Of a stretch of DNA of 64,000 nucleotides, positions 60,101 to 64,000 are shown piece by piece. The stretch covers positions 160,001 through 224,000 of the forward strand of contig CAWHAE010000017.1 of assembly GCA_963827235.1 (NCBI GenBank), read 5' to 3'. The translations under genes were made by a program, and so were the position numbers. How positions within the stretch are numbered: the first letter of the stretch is position 1; the number at the start of each line of letters is the position of its first letter. The DNA comes from an uncultured bacterium. Its GTDB lineage: Bacteria > Chloroflexota > UBA5177 > JANWHV01. The notes under the pieces are model-generated. The model did no database searches. It had not been told where the DNA came from and saw only the letters and a program-made list of their open reading frames with translations.

Positions 60101-61159
60101 GGCACCGGGATCGATGGGGTCGAGCGTGCCGTCGGCTGCCTGCCGGGTGACCTGCGCGGTGAAGTTGTCGGTGGCAGGCACCCCGGCCAGGAAGACGCCG
60201 AAGGGTCCGGACCCCGACCGAGCAGAAACCACGCCGCTCATGCTATCCATCAAGCGATAGACGTACCCGCTCTGGACGTCACAGTGCGGAGGCGTGCGCG
60301 GCAGCCTCAGCGTGCCCGGTCCGCTCGCGATCAGAGGGCGCAGATCCGTCACCGCTCCGCCGGTTGCCTGCGGGTGGTAGGTCGCCAGGACCGTGGCGCC
60401 CTGCTGCACGCGCACCAGCGACTGGCCGGCCGGCAGGCCGGCGAGGGCCAGTCTGCCCGCGGCATCCGCCGTGCCTCGGCACTCGAGCATCGTGCCGGCC
60501 TCCTCGCCAAGGTAGGTGACCATGGCCCCGGGCACCGCCTGCACGGCGAAAGTTGCCGGCCCTGGAGCGACCGGCAACCGCCAGGAACGCAGCACCGTGA
60601 TGGCCGACGCAAGGCCATCGTCGCGCACGATGCTGATCGTTGCACTGCCCTTTGCCGTGTCGGCGGGCAAGGTCACCGATACATCGTGACTGCCCCGCGT
60701 GTCGGCGAGGTGCCCATCGGCGTCCGCGAACACCGTGGTCGCGGGTGGAGAGTACCGCACGGGCACGACGAGATTGCCGCTCGTGTGAGCCCGAGGTGCA
60801 TCGATCAGGAGGCGTAGAGGCGTCCGGGGCGGCAGCCCAGACACGTGCAGGATGATAGACTGCCCGCCGCGCGCGGGCTGGGCGCCGGTGAACGTGGCAG
60901 CAGTGATCACGATGGGTCGCGCCGCCTGTGTGCAAGCGATCACCGTGCGTGGCAACACGTAGGCTGGGGCCACGTACAACGCAGGCATCGGCGCGCCCGC
61001 GGGCGAAGGTGCCTGGGTCGAGCCGAATACGCTGTCCGCCGCGGCGTGTATCGGGACAGGAGCGCCGTCCACGGTGGAAGGGCGCGGGCCCACCGAGATG
61101 CATAGCACGAGCCCTAGCAGCGCCAGACGCCTGCCGCCGTGTCGAACGTACGTGGACAT
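57161..61159 (-). CDS. Large secreted multidomain protein (Ig-like, beta-rich core, propeller-like repeats, CARDB-like, Fn3-like)
   Basis: 1332 aa; signal peptide RRLALLGLVLCISV; AAAGGA RBS; VRVQLRNTG and QWAP...DVAGYAIYR...YLVATLD. Confidence 0.85.
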   Translation of the reverse strand: MSTYVRHGGRRLALLGLVLCISVGPRPSTVDGAPVPIHAAADSVFGSTQAPSPAGAPMPALYVAPAYVLPRTVIACTQAARPIVITAATFTGAQPARGGQSIILHVSGLPPRTPLRLLIDAPRAHTSGNLVVPVRYSPPATTVFADADGHLADTRGSHDVSVTLPADTAKGSATISIVRDDGLASAITVLRSWRLPVAPGPATFAVQAVPGAMVTYLGEEAGTMLECRGTADAAGRLALAGLPAGQSLVRVQQGATVLATYHPQATGGAVTDLRPLIASGPGTLRLPRTPPHCDVQSGYVYRLMDSMSGVVSARSGSGPFGVFLAGVPATDNFTAQVTRQAADGTLDPIDPGAAVSVSLYHNGTNTLVGTATIGSPVAGSGTQASPGYTPATIQFDASILQAGTSYLEWQVGSSNQACVAAYQLTTVKNPASTVLGTVDTYFDAGTNSYQVSGVLPTRPRLRFSEPIDLSLPASTIEGANLPAEVFQNWNNEGDIGLDVKETIHTDGSWTGSLGGHARLILLNHTLLNEQLPSLSGGGPDLSHGAMLQTVPLASKSIDVSLYNELFEIPDLGLVVVVNVRFRANGSVNAAFGVPGTLNAAEFTLDPTLTFSVVGTGSIATPIGTFSAEVDGNLGLALPIVLEVPGGAQVHFGLRASVTATFSQTFLGSDTETILPLQCVGDCGAAPLTASGILLPTLSPPGSPRRIGPLQASSARPASGQAAPRAAQMLVVPVTAKPSTPPVDPEPAYAISPDGTRAVLWLQTGADGTRTLRARLGSGAARTLSAPHTSPSAPQIAWLSTTRALAVWVASPAGPSSIGQASAVQRDPLSALRAELSGQRLYSAVWDGRQWSSPSIVTAEPVMADEPALAANPATGEAALVWVRCPSTADLTGILGSCTLAGADWQAGRWQPAWAIPGSAASVNEPVVAVSPDGALGVAWLDGQPGMGRLIFATRTPQGWTPARQISGLPSAAWRDALAFDDTNRPVLAEESSDGLWTARRESSGAWRTWNMGAGSMPRLARAAHSTIAMLATQPAGDAQQGTGAPALSVLDGTRWSPFMPLALTVGDASTTALATDLRTGAAGIVAACVCRGGALPSPQEGNGSLLDAGARLYAQDVPPGSAATLGVDGITLAAAHPRAGEPSLVRVQLRNTGVTATPAGVAVGLTIVSAGLTQRLLLRTPQAVPPNGTSAVEAPVSTPDNVIEVAVTVDGRVAGHAVLGLLPAPQQVRVATGLGGTLVQWAPVAATDVAGYAIYRQVDGQRPVLQGMAHEDEATWIGPADADRRAVYLVATLDVRGRLSRAAEAVSTASPSHEAAAFLRRAGLEAQSSGTS

Positions 61160-61189
61160 GTGGCGTTTCCTTTCTCCGCAACGCAGGCG

Positions 61190-64000
61190 TTACGGTGCGA
61201 CGGACAGGGCGGTAGATAGGAGAGACTCGCGACCAAAGCGGTCGATCGCGGTGACCCGGTAGGTGTAGGAGCGCCCGGTCTCGCGCTGGGCGTCCAGCCA
61301 GAGCGTACCCCCGGCAATACCAACCATGGACAGCGGACCGGATGACCCCAGACCGCGGTAGATGCGATACCCCACCACATCCGGGTCGGCGGCAGCGGCC
61401 CAGTTGAGCTGCAACTCGCCGGCACTGCCTGCAGGCGCATTGCCGAGCGTGGTTGGTGCGGGCGGCAGACCAAGTGCAGCTTTGACGACACCCCCACCGG
61501 CAAGCGCGCTGATCTGCAGGGCCGTCGACGGCATCACCACGCCCGTCCGCAGCGTGGTCGTAGCGCCGGGCAGGAGGGGAGCGGCAAGGCGCAGCGCTCG
61601 CGTGACGAAGCCGGTACGTAGGGTGACGATGCTGCCTGCCGGGAGCGTGGCAATGCCGGTATTCTCTACCTGCACCTGGACGGACGCTTGCGTGCCGGGG
61701 GCCGGCTGCGGCGGAGACAGAGCTACACCCTGGGAGACGAGGGCGAGATGGCCCGCCGCCGGCACGTCCAGCGCGTGAAGCTGCATCGAAGCATCCAGCG
61801 CGGTGCTGCTCGAGGCACCCTGCAGAAGGGTAAGCAGCGTGCCGGTGCGCGGATCGATCGCTGCTGCCAGCCCGGCCGGAGTGGCTCCCGCGTTCGCCAG
61901 GGGCACTGCGCCGCCCCATGTACCACCAAGGGGCAGAACTCGGGCGCTCAGTGACTGGGATGCCGTGCCGTTCGAGGTCACGGCGGCGAACAGGACGGAT
62001 CCGTCGGCCTTGGCGGCGAGGCGCGGCAGGCTGCCGTTCCCCATCTGCCAAACGGTCCAGGTGCCCGAGGGCGCGCGCCGTGCCGCCGCCAGGCTAGTAC
62101 CTGCCACGGCCAGCACGGGGTCACCGGCGCCGTCCAGCGCCAAGCGCAGCGAGGTCAGGCCCGCAGGCAATCCCCTGATGGACGTCGCGGCCGGCCGCGG
62201 TCCGGTCAATGCCGGCGCAAACAGCACCTTCGCGGCCGACCCGGTGCCTTGCAGCCAGGCCGCCGAGAAGCTGCCCTGCAGGCTCACCGCCGCAACCGGG
62301 GCGTGCGCGCCGTCGACCGTGGTGATCGGTACCGGGGCCGACCAGCGTCCGCCGCCATAGCGCGCCGCCAGCACGGATGTCTTCTGCAGCACATCCGCGG
62401 TGGACACACCATTGCTGCTGTGTGTCCAGAGCAGCACCGCCAGGCCAGTCCGGGGGTCGGCAGCCAGCGCCGGCTCCGTGTCGGCAAGATTGTCGGTCGT
62501 GAGCCGTCGCGGCGTGGACCACGTCCGACCATCCCAGGCTGCGCTATACAGCTCCTGCCCGCTCAACGCAGTTGCCAGAGCCGCGTCGTCAGGGCGCGAG
62601 CCCTGGCCCCCCAATGCGCTGATCTGCGCCGGCGGAGCTGTGTTCCCCACCCACACCGCGAGCGCCCTGTCCGGACCAATCCAGGCCACGGTCGGTGCGG
62701 CGATCTGGGCGCGGCTATCGGCAATCGTCTCTGTAGCGCCGCCGTCGACGCGCGCAAGCAAGCGGACGACGCCGCCGGACGAGTCGACCCACAGCGTGGC
62801 CTGATGACTCGCGGTCGAGTAGGCCGTGACGGGCTGAGCGGGATACTGATATCGCGGGCCGGGCGAGATGCGCACGGAGGCCGCCGCGTGCCCTGCCGCC
62901 GCGCGGCCGGCCACACCGGCCGCTGCCGGCACGGCATCATAAAGCCGGCTGACCAGACTGGCACGGCCAGGCATGGGCACCGCCGCTGGCGCCAGGGCGA
63001 AGGCCGGGTTGATCACTGTGCAGTCGCCAAGCAGGCACGTCGGCGCCACGATGGTGAAGTCCACGTCCGGCCCCGTGCAGCTGATGAAGCAGAAGTGCGC
63101 GTATGCGTGCCCGGTGACGCTGAACCGCACTGCCAGATGCGCCTGGACGCCGTCCGGAATGGAGACGCTGACCGGTGCCTGAAGGATGAGATTGCCGTTC
63201 ACGTTCACGCCCGCGCTCGAGCCGGCGAGATCTGCCTCCGCCGAGGCCACGATGCCGGCGGTCAGGGCAGGCGTCACGGTCAAGGTGACGCGATTGAGCA
63301 CTGCGGCAACGCCTACAGAGGCATTGAGGCTGCCCTCCAGCTCGACGCCGAGCTTGAACTCGCCACCGGCGATACCGGGGAATCCGATAGGTACGACCAG
63401 CAGCGGCTGTCCACCCAACTGGTTGTTGGAGGCCAGGGTATCGCTGTAGACAGTGAACTGATCCCGCGCGAGATTCTGGCCGCTTCCCGAGAACGTCGGC
63501 AGCTCTGAGTCGGCGAGCGAGATGCCGATCACCTGTATCTTCGCGTGCGCGGTGATGAAACCGTCCCACCGCCCGCTTGTATAGAGTCGTTCGTTCACGT
63601 CGATCCCCGCGTCGGTCGAGGCGAGATTGGGGAACGGCGCGTGAAAGCCGGGAATAGTCACGATGCCGTCTACGTCATACGGATCCCAGCCGACGGGGAT
63701 GTCGGAGGTCGAAAAGTGCAGGACCTGTCCCACGAGACCGCTGTTGGGCAGCGTGTCCGAGGAGTAATACGCATGATCGGCCTGGTCGTACACCGGCTGG
63801 ATGGTGCCGAGCGGTGTCCTCCAGGGATTGGCGATCATGGTCAGGCGATAGACCGAAGGGCAGCGTGAGTTGTCACCAAGCGTCAGCTTCACGTTCCAGG
63901 CCCCGGGCGCCAGCTGGCTCAGGTCGATGTCCGGGAAGAGATAGAAACGGCTGGTGAGGATGCGCAGAATGCTCGACTCGTTTTGCACGGCGCCGAGGAC
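61190..64000 (-). CDS. Large secreted multidomain protein, paralog of 57161-61159; start lies beyond the window
   Basis: Collinear motifs shared with the neighbour; VQVQVENTG and LNWAA...DVVGYRIYRG...YTYRVTAIDRFGRES. Confidence 0.85.
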   Translation of the reverse strand, partial: VLGAVQNESSILRILTSRFYLFPDIDLSQLAPGAWNVKLTLGDNSRCPSVYRLTMIANPWRTPLGTIQPVYDQADHAYYSSDTLPNSGLVGQVLHFSTSDIPVGWDPYDVDGIVTIPGFHAPFPNLASTDAGIDVNERLYTSGRWDGFITAHAKIQVIGISLADSELPTFSGSGQNLARDQFTVYSDTLASNNQLGGQPLLVVPIGFPGIAGGEFKLGVELEGSLNASVGVAAVLNRVTLTVTPALTAGIVASAEADLAGSSAGVNVNGNLILQAPVSVSIPDGVQAHLAVRFSVTGHAYAHFCFISCTGPDVDFTIVAPTCLLGDCTVINPAFALAPAAVPMPGRASLVSRLYDAVPAAAGVAGRAAAGHAAASVRISPGPRYQYPAQPVTAYSTASHQATLWVDSSGGVVRLLARVDGGATETIADSRAQIAAPTVAWIGPDRALAVWVGNTAPPAQISALGGQGSRPDDAALATALSGQELYSAAWDGRTWSTPRRLTTDNLADTEPALAADPRTGLAVLLWTHSSNGVSTADVLQKTSVLAARYGGGRWSAPVPITTVDGAHAPVAAVSLQGSFSAAWLQGTGSAAKVLFAPALTGPRPAATSIRGLPAGLTSLRLALDGAGDPVLAVAGTSLAAARRAPSGTWTVWQMGNGSLPRLAAKADGSVLFAAVTSNGTASQSLSARVLPLGGTWGGAVPLANAGATPAGLAAAIDPRTGTLLTLLQGASSSTALDASMQLHALDVPAAGHLALVSQGVALSPPQPAPGTQASVQVQVENTGIATLPAGSIVTLRTGFVTRALRLAAPLLPGATTTLRTGVVMPSTALQISALAGGGVVKAALGLPPAPTTLGNAPAGSAGELQLNWAAAADPDVVGYRIYRGLGSSGPLSMVGIAGGTLWLDAQRETGRSYTYRVTAIDRFGRESLLSTALSVAP

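Noticed and set aside
56660-63508. Long Arg/Ala-rich ORFs (56660-58189, 60279-62051, 62249-63508)
   Set aside because: Alternative-frame or antisense shadows of the two large secreted proteins.
1-64000. CRISPR array, tRNA, rRNA or riboswitch
   Set aside because: I saw no regularly spaced repeat-spacer array and no recognisable RNA gene motifs. A covariance-model scan was not possible, so small RNAs are not excluded.

Overview
High-GC (roughly two-thirds G+C by eye) bacterial DNA, probably Chloroflexota, inferred from the YF..SRHTL...FGPPISQ...QYF.NARLELHPE surface repeat in 49392-51212. The window is a mosaic accessory region in which intact operons alternate with truncated and frameshifted remnants. 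From left to right: (1) a GH31 glycosidase end and a sensor-less MCP; (2) a decaying plasmid-like parAB module with AT-rich palindromes; (3) an intact ~17 kb minus-strand catabolic locus (UroD/MtaA-like protein, creatininase-like amidase, HutC-type GntR, formaldehyde-dehydrogenase-like Zn-ADH, two-domain ferritin-like DUF455 protein, ribokinase, discoidin-PocR-AraC regulator, sugar ABC importer, two unassigned glycosidase-fold proteins, an FGE-fold protein) with a shared palindromic operator at three promoters; (4) a Tn3-family remnant with a divergent tyrosine recombinase, whose terminal repeat abuts a 5'-truncated GH51 gene; (5) a ~13 kb efflux/envelope block (heterodimeric ABC exporter with an in-frame TAG, MMPL, ABC-2, two NarL-type two-component systems); (6) a Cpe/LpqF-type serine hydrolase, DUF5722, a methyltransferase, a second UroD-like gene, an ISKra4 remnant, Nudix and an MmyB-SDR pair; (7) secreted BNR/propeller genes and a tandem pair of large paralogous secreted proteins. 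I saw no rRNA, tRNA or CRISPR array. All family assignments are by motif recognition, without database searches.
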